Source of the DNA: Candidatus Omnitrophota bacterium
GTDB taxonomy: Bacteria; Omnitrophota; Gorgyraeia; Zapsychrales; Fredricksoniimonadaceae
Assembly: GCA_002753465.1 (NCBI GenBank)
Contig: PEAF01000006.1
Coordinates: 1 to 59,232, forward strand
Length of the DNA stretch: 59,232 nt
Direction of reading: 5' to 3'
Each line of letters opens with the position of its first letter. Position 1 is the stretch's first letter. Below are positions 25,422 to 33,602 of the stretch, one piece after another. The notes beneath the pieces were generated by a model. That model had not been told where the DNA came from, made no database searches, and saw only the letters and a program-made list of their open reading frames with translations. The position numbers were made by a program, and so were the translations under genes.

Positions 25422-26684
25422 ATGAGATTCATCGCTGATCTTCATATTCATTCCCGCTATTCCCGCGCAACATCCTCTGACCTGACGCCGGAAAACCTGT
25501 GGCGCTGGGCGCAGTATAAGGGTATTCATGTTGTCGGTGTCGGTGATTGCGTTCATCCTGCCTGGCTTAAAGAATTGGAAGAGAAGCTTGAGCCGGCCGA
25601 GTCTGGATTCTTTAAGCTCAAAGAGAAGTTTGCTGCTGCTGTTAAGGATCAAGTTCCCGCCACGTGTCAGGCGCCGGTGCGGTTTGTCCTTTCTACGGAG
25701 ATCTCAAATATCTATAAAAAGAACGGCATTGTGCGCAAGGTGCACAATGTTATTTTATTATCCGGCTTTGAGGCGGCGCGTGCGCTTCAGAAGAGGCTGG
25801 ATGCCATCGGGAATATCCGCTCTGACGGCCGGCCCATTCTCGGGCTTGACGCCAAAGAACTCTTAGCGATCAGCCTTGCGTGTGATCCGCAAGCCTTGTT
25901 CATCCCCGCGCATATCTGGACGCCGTGGTTCTCGGTGCTCGGGTCTAAAAGCGGGTTTGATTCCATCGAGGAATGCTTTGAGGAACTAACGCCGCATATC
26001 CACGCGCTGGAGACGGGTCTTTCATCAGACCCTGCGATGAACAGACGTTTAAAGCAATTAGACCGGTTTGCCCTGGTGTCCAACTCCGACGCGCATTCGG
26101 CGTCAAAGCTGGGGCGTGAGGCGAATATCTTTGATACCGAGCTTTCTTATGAGGGCATGTACCGTGCCTTGGCGGATAACAATGGTAAGACTTTCTGCGG
26201 CACGATCGAATTTTTCCCTGAAGAGGGCAAGTATCATGCCGATGGTTGCGCTAAATGTAAATTGCGCCTAGAGCCGCGGGAAACGATCAAGCATAAGGGC
26301 CGTTGCCCGTCATGTGGCGGTTTGATCACCGTCGGCGTCATGGCACGCGTCGAGGCTTTAGCTGACAGATGTCCCCCAAGCTCCCGTTCATTTAAAAGTC
26401 TTATCCCCTTAGAGGAAGTTCTTGCTGAATCATGCGGCGTGGGCAAAGCATCCAAGAAAGTGCAGGCGCAGTACTTCGATATGATCGCCAAACTTGGGCC
26501 CGAGCTTGGCATCTTGATGGATGTGCCGCTGAAAGATATTCAGGCTGCCGGTGGCGACAGGGTGGCTGAGGGCATTAAACGCATGCGCACCGGCCAGGTC
26601 AGTATTGCGGCGGGCTATGATGGCGAGTATGGTGTGATCAAGATATTTAATGATGACGAAAGTAATGTTGGAGTTCGTGTTTAA
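25422..26684 (+). CDS. PHP-domain nuclease, endonuclease Q (EndoQ)-like
   Basis: N-terminal PHP motif MRFIADLHIHSRYSRATS, Cys4 finger CAKCK...CPSCGG and C-terminal GYDGEYGVI, at ~420 aa. Trimmed from the track's 25287. The family assignment comes from memory of EndoQ motifs and was not searched. Confidence 0.55.
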   Translation: MRFIADLHIHSRYSRATSSDLTPENLWRWAQYKGIHVVGVGDCVHPAWLKELEEKLEPAESGFFKLKEKFAAAVKDQVPATCQAPVRFVLSTEISNIYKKNGIVRKVHNVILLSGFEAARALQKRLDAIGNIRSDGRPILGLDAKELLAISLACDPQALFIPAHIWTPWFSVLGSKSGFDSIEECFEELTPHIHALETGLSSDPAMNRRLKQLDRFALVSNSDAHSASKLGREANIFDTELSYEGMYRALADNNGKTFCGTIEFFPEEGKYHADGCAKCKLRLEPRETIKHKGRCPSCGGLITVGVMARVEALADRCPPSSRSFKSLIPLEEVLAESCGVGKASKKVQAQYFDMIAKLGPELGILMDVPLKDIQAAGGDRVAEGIKRMRTGQVSIAAGYDGEYGVIKIFNDDESNVGVRV

Positions 26685-26872
26685 CGGGTCCTGCCGCTTT
26701 CAGTGATCCCGGACCATCTTTCGAAGACGTCTTGCTGACAGCATCTGATGAATGGTGGTTTTACTGAGCTTGAAGTAAGGAATGACATCGGATTAGCGAA
26801 GACCGTTGAAGGGATGAGGTAAGCCGTCAACTTCAGATGATCCGGGATCACTTCCGCGTCACCCGTTAAACA
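26678..26872. other. 195-nt imperfect palindrome / long hairpin element C
   Basis: Perfect 12-bp closing stem TGTTTAACGGGT (26678-26689) / ACCCGTTAAACA (26861-26872). Second helix CAGTGATCCCGGACCATCT / AGATGATCCGGGATCACTT. Overlaps the EndoQ-like stop codon. Confidence 0.5.
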
Positions 26873-26899
26873 TGTTCAAGAAGTTATCGCGCCGTGTTT

Positions 26900-26928
26900 T
26901 TGACAAACTCTTTCTTACTTGATATTAT
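26900..26928 (+). promoter_or_regulatory. Strong sigma70-like promoter candidate for comEA-comEC
   Basis: TTGACA (26900-26905), 17-nt spacer ending in TGA, TATTAT (26923-26928). Confidence 0.5.
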
Positions 26929-26985
26929 AAGTTCTTCCTAGATCTTTCCGGCCCCCGCCTGAATAAAGCACGTCCTTAATCAAGG

Positions 26986-27339
26986 ATGTTGCTCATGATC
27001 ATTCTAACGCCACAAGAACGCAGGTCAGTTATTTTCATAGGTGCTGTATTTTTATGCGGCATCTGCCTGCAGGTTATCCTTAAGTTGTACCCACCGGGCT
27101 ATCAACAATTGACTTTTTTGGACAGGCCGTCAGAGCGCCTTGCGGTTGATGTTAATCGTGCCAGTTATGAAGAGTTGTTGGCCGTGCCCGGCATTGGTCC
27201 GTCTGTAGCGGCCCGCATTATTTACGCCCGCGATAATAAGGGTTCTTTTAAGTCATTGGACGAACTTCATGGCATCAAAGGCTTCTCCAAGAAAAGTATG
27301 GCGCGCGCCGATGCGCATCTCATGGCAGGCCATCCATGA
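26986..27339 (+). CDS. comEA: ComEA-like helix-hairpin-helix DNA-binding protein
   Basis: N-terminal TM helix plus VDVNRASYEELLAVPGIGPSVAARII (HhH) and the SLDELHGIKG motif. Confidence 0.8.
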   Translation: MLLMIILTPQERRSVIFIGAVFLCGICLQVILKLYPPGYQQLTFLDRPSERLAVDVNRASYEELLAVPGIGPSVAARIIYARDNKGSFKSLDELHGIKGFSKKSMARADAHLMAGHP

Positions 27340-28868
27340 CCCATCGTCCTGCGGTGTGGATTTTGCTGGCTTTTACGGGTGGTGTTGTCAGCGGGAATGT
27401 GCTGGGCGTCCCGGCATTGCTGGGGCTGCTGGTTATTTTTCCGTTCTTTATGCTCGCTGCGCGGCGAAGCCGGCGATGGCTGATACCACTGGGGCTGGCG
27501 TTCGTGTTCTTCATCGGTGCCTTTGACGCGTGGGATGCGGGGCTGTTACCCCTAAATCACATTGCGCAGCGTTTGGATGATTTTAAAGGACGTTCCTGTG
27601 CTGTTGTTTGCCGGGTTGCTTCATCGCCGCGGTGGCAATTAAATGGCCTCTCTCCCAAGAAAATGTTCCTGTGCGACATCGAAACGATCAATGACGAGGT
27701 ATGGCAGGGGCGGGTCCAGGTGCATCTTTACTGCGGGGGTGATGTTGCCTACGGGGACCGATTACGTGTGACAGGCAAGATCGCGCGGCCTTACGATCCT
27801 GCACCGGGTGGCAGGAATTCATATTCAGCTTATCTTAAGCGTCAGGGCGTTTATGCATTTTTGCATGTCCGTAAGAATGCCCTGCGCGAAGCGCTGCCTG
27901 TCAACGCGTCGCCGTCTTTGGAGGCAGTGGCATTATCCTGCCGTGAATATTTACAGGGGATCTTCAGGAAATACCTTTCACCGGGTGAGGCAGGGCTTAT
28001 GAATGCGATGCTCCTGGGGCCGCGTGATGATATCCCTCCCTACGTGTATGATGTTTTCCGTAAGACAGGGACAGCTCATATCATTGCTATCAGCGGTATG
28101 AACATGACCCTGACCGCCGTCGGTCTTATGTTGATTTTGGGCATGTTTAACATGCCCCGCGGTGTCCGGGCGTGGGTGGCCGTCGCTATTCTTGGTTTTT
28201 ATTCTTTGATGGCTGGTAACGGGCCTCCGGTCGCGCGCTCGGCCATCATGGCGGTTGCGGTGATCCTGAGTTTTGTGATCGAGCGTGAATCTGACGCGAT
28301 GAATGGTCTGGCCCTCGCGGGCCTTATTCTTCTGGCGATCGATCCGCGTCAGTTCCATGATGTCGGGCTGCAATTGTCTTTTGTGTGCGTGGCATCGCTT
28401 ATCCTCCTGGCGCCGTTGATCCTCAAGCCGTTGGAAGATGTGCCCTGGTGCCAGACGCCATGGGTCTGGTCCCTGATCGAAAGCGGCGCCGTGACATTGG
28501 CGGCCTTCATTGGTTCGGCGGGCATTCTGGCTTATGATTTCGGTTACTTGTCGCCGATCGGACTTATCGTAAACCTTCCTGTGATCCCTTTGATGGCGAT
28601 CGTGACGGCGCTTGGATTTCTGGTCTTGGCTTTCGGCTTGCTGCTGCCTTTTATGGCCGTGCCATTCGCCCTTTGCCTGAAGGCGGTCCTCAATGTATGT
28701 GTTGCCGTTCTCGGTGCGGCCAGCCGGGTTCCGGTCATCCGCTGTGATGGTATGAATGGTTTTGAGATGCTGCTTTATTATCTGATCCTGGCAGGGGGCA
28801 TCTTTTTCTTCTATTATCGCCAGCGCTTCCATTCCCGTGCCTTCATTGACAAACCTTTGCCCCTATGA
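27336..28868 (+). CDS. comEC: ComEC/Rec2-family DNA internalisation channel (no metallo-beta-lactamase domain)
   Basis: Multi-pass membrane protein with a DUF4131-like N-terminus and the competence-domain motif FRKTGTAHIIAISGMNM. Overlaps comEA by 4 nt. Confidence 0.8.
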   Translation: MTHRPAVWILLAFTGGVVSGNVLGVPALLGLLVIFPFFMLAARRSRRWLIPLGLAFVFFIGAFDAWDAGLLPLNHIAQRLDDFKGRSCAVVCRVASSPRWQLNGLSPKKMFLCDIETINDEVWQGRVQVHLYCGGDVAYGDRLRVTGKIARPYDPAPGGRNSYSAYLKRQGVYAFLHVRKNALREALPVNASPSLEAVALSCREYLQGIFRKYLSPGEAGLMNAMLLGPRDDIPPYVYDVFRKTGTAHIIAISGMNMTLTAVGLMLILGMFNMPRGVRAWVAVAILGFYSLMAGNGPPVARSAIMAVAVILSFVIERESDAMNGLALAGLILLAIDPRQFHDVGLQLSFVCVASLILLAPLILKPLEDVPWCQTPWVWSLIESGAVTLAAFIGSAGILAYDFGYLSPIGLIVNLPVIPLMAIVTALGFLVLAFGLLLPFMAVPFALCLKAVLNVCVAVLGAASRVPVIRCDGMNGFEMLLYYLILAGGIFFFYYRQRFHSRAFIDKPLPL

Positions 28869-28874
28869 TACATT
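28846..28874 (+). promoter_or_regulatory. Sigma70-like promoter candidate inside the comEC 3' end
   Basis: TTGACA (28846-28851), 17-nt spacer ending in TGA, TACATT (28869-28874); ATG at 28890. Confidence 0.3.
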
Positions 28875-28889
28875 GGCGAAATATTACTT

Positions 28890-29852
28890 ATGAAAAATAA
28901 ATCTATCTTTATATCACTTACTATCTGTCTTATGGTCGCAACGGCCGTTGCGCCAGCCCATGCCTTTTGGATCTGGACGCCGGAGAGCGGCAAATGGGTT
29001 AATCCGAAATATAACGTCAAGCCTTCTCCGTCGGAGCAGCTGGCCTATGCCGATTCATTCTTCAAAATGGGCAAAAATGAAGAGGCTATGCGCGAGTATA
29101 AGAAGCTACTCAAGCATTATCCCAAGGCCCGTGAAGCCGCTTTGGCTCAATACGGTATCGGGCTTGTCTGGGAAGAGATGAAGAAGTACTGGCGTGCGGT
29201 CGAAGAGTACCAGAAGGTGGTCGACCATTATCCTTTCAGTGATCTCGGCCCTAAGGTGACCGAACGGCAGTATGTCATCGCCAATCTTTTCCTTGAGGGC
29301 AAGGGTAAGGATCATGAGTTTGCCAAGTCTCTGCTCGGCACGGATTATCAGGTACCCGATGTTTTCCTGAAAGTCATCAAGAATGATCCGTATGGTCCGT
29401 ATGCGCCTGTTTCCCAGTATAAGATCGGCTTATTTTATCTTGAGAAGGGCGAGTATCAGGAGGCGCGTGACGCATTCGAGAAAACTATCAATGATTACCC
29501 GGATTCCAAGTGGGCGGAATCAGCGCGCTATCAGACCGCAGTTTCTGACTCCAAGCGCTCCGTTAAGGCGCAGTATGATCAGAAGACAACATCTATCGCC
29601 GCAGCTGGCTTTGAAGATTATGTGAAAACGAATCCTGATTCCGAGCTTTCCGCTGACGCCAAGAACGAGATTCAGAAGCTGCGTGATAAAGAGGCGGAGA
29701 ACAATTTTGTTATCGGTGATTATTACTGGAAAAACAAGCGCTATAAATCAGCCAGGATGTATTGGCAGTCTGTCGTGGATAAGTATGCCGGTACGTCGTG
29801 GGCGACCAAGGCCGAAGCTAAATTAAAAACGATCCCGGGTGATGCGAAATGA
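28890..29852 (+). CDS. Secreted TPR protein, BamD/YfiO-like outer-membrane assembly factor
   Basis: Signal peptide and TPR-like repeats (YKIGLFYLEKGEYQEARDAFEKTINDYPDSKWAESARYQ). Sits immediately upstream of the LptE-like gene. No clear lipobox. Confidence 0.5.
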   Translation: MKNKSIFISLTICLMVATAVAPAHAFWIWTPESGKWVNPKYNVKPSPSEQLAYADSFFKMGKNEEAMREYKKLLKHYPKAREAALAQYGIGLVWEEMKKYWRAVEEYQKVVDHYPFSDLGPKVTERQYVIANLFLEGKGKDHEFAKSLLGTDYQVPDVFLKVIKNDPYGPYAPVSQYKIGLFYLEKGEYQEARDAFEKTINDYPDSKWAESARYQTAVSDSKRSVKAQYDQKTTSIAAAGFEDYVKTNPDSELSADAKNEIQKLRDKEAENNFVIGDYYWKNKRYKSARMYWQSVVDKYAGTSWATKAEAKLKTIPGDAK

Positions 29853-30367
29853 AGAAAATATTCTTATTGCTCATGGCAGGGTTATTGGCCGGATGCGGTT
29901 ACAGCACACAATCCTTGCTGCCGGAAAACTATAAGGTGATCCACGTTGAGCCGTTTGAGAATAAGATCGACTTTGTCAGCCAGGATCAGCGCAAACTTTA
30001 TCTGCCCGGCCTTGAGAACAGGGTGCGCGAAGCTGTGGTCGACCGTTATCTTTTAGACGGCAATCTTCATATCACGGATAAAGATACCGCGGACCTTATC
30101 CTTAAGGGGCAGCTTTTGAGTTTTGACCGCGAGGAATTACGCGTGAATACCAATGACACGGTCAAGGAATATCGCATCCGTATCACCGCGGCGCTTAAAT
30201 TGATCGATCCGGCTGAAGATAAGCCGGTTTGGGAAGAGCCTTCTTTCGCGGGTGAGGCAACATATTATACGACGGGTCCTTTGGCTAAATCAGAATCCCA
30301 GGCGATCCAAGAGGCCCTGACCGATTTTGCCCAGCGCACGGTGGCCCGCACCATCGAGAACTGGTAA
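29849..30367 (+). CDS. lptE: LptE-like LPS-assembly lipoprotein
   Basis: Lipobox LLAGCGYS at ~170 aa. It is followed by a holA-like gene, as in the classical lptE-holA arrangement. Confidence 0.5.
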   Translation: MKKIFLLLMAGLLAGCGYSTQSLLPENYKVIHVEPFENKIDFVSQDQRKLYLPGLENRVREAVVDRYLLDGNLHITDKDTADLILKGQLLSFDREELRVNTNDTVKEYRIRITAALKLIDPAEDKPVWEEPSFAGEATYYTTGPLAKSESQAIQEALTDFAQRTVARTIENW

Positions 30368-30392
30368 GCCCCTTCGGCGGGGATATATCCTC

Positions 30393-31040
30393 ATGCATCA
30401 GCTCATCCTTGGGTCTGACATCGCCCTCCGTGATAAAATAATCCACGAACTTAAAGCCAGGTTCCTTAAAACACCAGATGCTCTTAAATTTGATCTTACC
30501 CAGATCGATGGGCAGGGGCTTGATTTCAATGATCTTAAGGCCGCGCTCCTGACCGTGCCCGCGGTTTCTTCACGCCGTCTTATTTTGATCGGCCATGGTG
30601 AGAAGCTAAGTGACAGGAACCTCGAGCTGATCGACCATGTTGTTTCCGACTCTAAGGTGGGATGTGTCCTGGTTATCGAGGCGCTTTCCTGGGATAAGCG
30701 CAGCGCTTTACGCAAACGCCTGGCCGAGAAGATCAAGGTTTCTGGCGGCGATGAGGCCCTGAGTGCTTTTGATCTACTGTATGATTTGGCGCGTGACCGG
30801 GGCGGCGTGCTGGTACGGTTGCAGAAACTTTTGGAAGAAGATGCTGTTGAAAATGTCCTGGGTGCGTTACGCTGGTGGTGGACGCACAAGGTTAAGGGCA
30901 CGGTCTCAGCGGCAAGTTATAAAAAAGGCCTCCTGGTTGTACAGGAGGCCGATGAAAGAATTAAACTGTCAGGCATGCTCTTACGCGAGCAGACGATCGA
31001 AACAGCGCTGGTTAAGCTTTCTTTGCTGTTAAAAGCTTAG
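30393..31040 (+). CDS. holA: DNA polymerase III delta subunit-like protein (short, 215 aa)
   Basis: Delta-like N-terminal region (LILGSDIALRDKIIHELKARF ... RRLILIGHGEKL) and synteny with lptE. Trimmed from the track's 30327. Much shorter than E. coli delta. Confidence 0.45.
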   Translation: MHQLILGSDIALRDKIIHELKARFLKTPDALKFDLTQIDGQGLDFNDLKAALLTVPAVSSRRLILIGHGEKLSDRNLELIDHVVSDSKVGCVLVIEALSWDKRSALRKRLAEKIKVSGGDEALSAFDLLYDLARDRGGVLVRLQKLLEEDAVENVLGALRWWWTHKVKGTVSAASYKKGLLVVQEADERIKLSGMLLREQTIETALVKLSLLLKA

Positions 31041-31275
31041 CGTAGCGGGCCTTGCGGCGTGAAGCTGTTTTCTTGTGCATGATGTTACGTTTGGCAGCTT
31101 TATCGATCTTTTTATAAACCCCGGGAAGAAGCTTGGCAGCTTCCTTGGCGTCACCGGCAGTAGCGGCGACGAATGCTTTGAGGGTCTTTCTGAGATCCGA
31201 CTTGATGTCAAGATTATGCATTTGACGTGTGCGGTTTTTCTTGAGGTCTTTTACAGATGTTTTACGCTGAGGCAC
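31012..31275 (-). CDS. rpsT: 30S ribosomal protein S20
   Basis: S20-like basic sequence (KKNRTRQMHNLDIKSDLRKTLKAF...KKTASRRKARYAKLL). GTG at 31273-31275 is preceded by GGAG 8 nt upstream and is preferred over the track's ATG 31323. Confidence 0.8.
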   Translation of the reverse strand: MPQRKTSVKDLKKNRTRQMHNLDIKSDLRKTLKAFVAATAGDAKEAAKLLPGVYKKIDKAAKRNIMHKKTASRRKARYAKLLTAKKA

Positions 31276-31335
31276 TTGTACTGCTCCTTGTTGTTGTTCT
31301 ACGTTGAAGCGAAAGTATAACAAAGTGGTTTTTTT

Positions 31336-32898
31336 ATGTCAACTGATAAAATCGACCATCATCACGCGCTAAAAGGTATTTTGCGCTCGACATCCATCAT
31401 GTCCCTGGGAACTTTGGCCAGCCGCATCCTGGGTTTTGTGCGCGATATCATTTTTGCATGGTTCTTTGGTACGGCCGCTGCCGCCGATGCTTTTGTGCTG
31501 GCCTTCCGTTTACCGAACCTTTTCCGTGACCTTATTGGTGAAGGCGCCGCGAATTCTTCATTCGTGCCGGTCATGACAGAGTATAAGGATAAAAAACCGC
31601 AGGAGCTGGCGGAATTTCTCAATGCCGTGGTGGCATGGGCCTTCATTGTCCTGTGCGGGATCACCTTGATCGGCATACTTTTTGCACCGGTAGTCGTCCG
31701 GCTGATAGCTCCCGGGTTTGTGGAGGAGCCAGGCAAGATCGAGACCACCATAGCCTTGACCCGCATCATGTTCCCGTATCTTATTTTTATCGGGCTGACC
31801 GCGCTTTTCTCGTCCATTCAGTTTACATACGGGGCTTTCACCATGCCGGCTTTCGGGCCGTGCCTGTTGAATGTGGCCCTTATCGGGTCCACATTGGTTG
31901 CTGTTTTCTGCATGAAACAGCCTGTCTATGGCCTGGCCCTGGGCGTGATCGTGGGGGGTATCCTGCAATTGTATTTTCAGTGGCGCCCGCTGAAGAAACA
32001 CGGCATTGTATTAAAACGTCCGCTGACGCTTGATCACGCGGGGGCGCGTCAGATAGGAAAACTTCTTTTGCCGCGCATTATCGGCTCAGGGGTTTATCAG
32101 CTGAATGTTTTTGTGGATACCATTTGTGCGTCACTGACATCCATTGTCGGTTTGGGCGGGGTATCTGCGATCTATTATGCGAACCGCATTGTTCTTTTCC
32201 CGATGGGGATCTTCGGCGTGGCATTGGCCGCCGCTACGTTGCCGGCCTTTGCAAGGCATGTCGTGGCGGACAACAAGGCCGAGCTCAGGCGCACGATCGT
32301 GTTTGCACTGGAGAATATTTTCTTTGTGATGCTGCCGACCACTGTTTTTCTTTGTTTGCTGGCTGAACCTTTGACGCGCCTGGTGTTCCAGCGCGGCATG
32401 TTTGATGCGACTTCGACCGCTGTTACTTCATCGGTGCTTTTCTTTTTCAGTTTAGGGCTGATGGGATATGGGGGTGTTAAGATCCTGTCCTCCGCTTTTC
32501 ATGCACTCCAGGACACGACGACGCCGATGAAGACGGCTTTCCTGTGTTTGTTTGTGAACGCGGCGCTTAACGTGATCTTGATGTTCCCGATGAAGCTCTC
32601 CGGGATAGCGCTGGCCAGCGCCGTTTCGGCGTTGATCAATGTCGGCGTGCTTTTTGTGATCCTCGAAAAGCGTATCGGCGGGCTTTCGGGGGCATTCATC
32701 GAATATTTCGTGAAACTTTTTGCCGCAGGTTTGGCCATGGGCGTTGTGATCTGGAGCGGGTGGCGCCTGCTGGTGCATGTGCCTGACGTAATGCGCCTTG
32801 TGATCGTGGCGGTCATGGGCGGTCTTGTTTATTTTGCCGCAGCGCATGCCTTTGGGTTGGAACAGGCCCGCCAGATACATAAAATATTTAAGAGATGA
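31336..32898 (+). CDS. murJ: Lipid II flippase MurJ (MviN)
   Basis: Typical MurJ N-terminus GTLASRILGFVRDIIFAWFFG, ~14 TM helices, 520 aa. Confidence 0.9.
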   Translation: MSTDKIDHHHALKGILRSTSIMSLGTLASRILGFVRDIIFAWFFGTAAAADAFVLAFRLPNLFRDLIGEGAANSSFVPVMTEYKDKKPQELAEFLNAVVAWAFIVLCGITLIGILFAPVVVRLIAPGFVEEPGKIETTIALTRIMFPYLIFIGLTALFSSIQFTYGAFTMPAFGPCLLNVALIGSTLVAVFCMKQPVYGLALGVIVGGILQLYFQWRPLKKHGIVLKRPLTLDHAGARQIGKLLLPRIIGSGVYQLNVFVDTICASLTSIVGLGGVSAIYYANRIVLFPMGIFGVALAAATLPAFARHVVADNKAELRRTIVFALENIFFVMLPTTVFLCLLAEPLTRLVFQRGMFDATSTAVTSSVLFFFSLGLMGYGGVKILSSAFHALQDTTTPMKTAFLCLFVNAALNVILMFPMKLSGIALASAVSALINVGVLFVILEKRIGGLSGAFIEYFVKLFAAGLAMGVVIWSGWRLLVHVPDVMRLVIVAVMGGLVYFAAAHAFGLEQARQIHKIFKR

Positions 32899-32957
32899 GT
32901 GTAATTAGAAGATCATTGGAAAATGCTGATTTTTTCAGATACACTTTGTAGCAAGAT

Positions 32958-33512
32958 ATGGACCATCAAGCCCTTTTTCCTCAGATTTTGACCGAAGCCG
33001 TAGTGCAGGGTGTCGGAAGTGTGTACGACATCCCGCAACTGCTGCACGAAGACAGAAGTCTTTATGCGATCGAAGGGATGTTCAGTACAATTTATTTAAA
33101 GGGGCATTTGAAGGGCAAGATGTCCTTTTTTATCCGTGAAGAAGGGGCGGCGCGGATCGTCGGGCGCATGCTGGGCCAGCCCGAGATCTCTGAGGACGCC
33201 TCGGAGGCCATTGACGGTTTCGGAGAGCTTTTGAATATCGTGGCGGGATGTTTTAAGACCAAGCTTGATGCGCACAAGGTGAGGTTTGATATCAGCATTC
33301 CTTCCACGCGCCTCACGGCCAGTATCCCGGCGTCCAACTGGGAGCATAATATTGAACAGATCTTCTCGTCGGCTGATATCAAATTCAAGGTCATCCTTTC
33401 GTACCGCCTCGATCTGATGCCGGAGGCGCCCGCAGCGGCCGTCGAACCTGCGAAGCCCAAACTTTCCGCGGCTGATCTTATCAAGATGGCCATGGCTAAG
33501 AAGAAGGCATAA
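32958..33512 (+). CDS. CheX/CheC-like (chemotaxis phosphatase fold) protein
   Basis: Motif EAIDGFGELLNIVAGCF resembles the CheX D-x-x-x-E-x-x-N-x-x-x-G segment. Weak call. Confidence 0.45.
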   Translation: MDHQALFPQILTEAVVQGVGSVYDIPQLLHEDRSLYAIEGMFSTIYLKGHLKGKMSFFIREEGAARIVGRMLGQPEISEDASEAIDGFGELLNIVAGCFKTKLDAHKVRFDISIPSTRLTASIPASNWEHNIEQIFSSADIKFKVILSYRLDLMPEAPAAAVEPAKPKLSAADLIKMAMAKKKA

Positions 33513-33585
33513 TATCCCTGTTTTGGTTTAATCTTTTGATGGTCATGCGGCGAGTATTGACGGTCGAGCTGCTTGTGTCCCTTTC

Positions 33586-33594
33586 TGTTATAAT
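33586..33594 (+). promoter_or_regulatory. Extended -10 box (TGtTATAAT) ending 8 nt before the uvrC ATG (leaderless candidate)
   Basis: TGTTATAAT at 33586-33594, then GCCCGTAT and ATG 33603; no Shine-Dalgarno. Confidence 0.35.
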
Positions 33595-33602
33595 GCCCGT
33601 AT

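Noticed and set aside
26745-26751. CUGAUGA in element C (and CUGAUGAAAC in the 49546 terminator) as a possible hammerhead ribozyme core
   Set aside because: No stem II hairpin followed by GAAA, and no stem I/III arrangement, surrounds the heptamer in element C. The 49546 occurrence is simply one arm of a perfect terminator stem.
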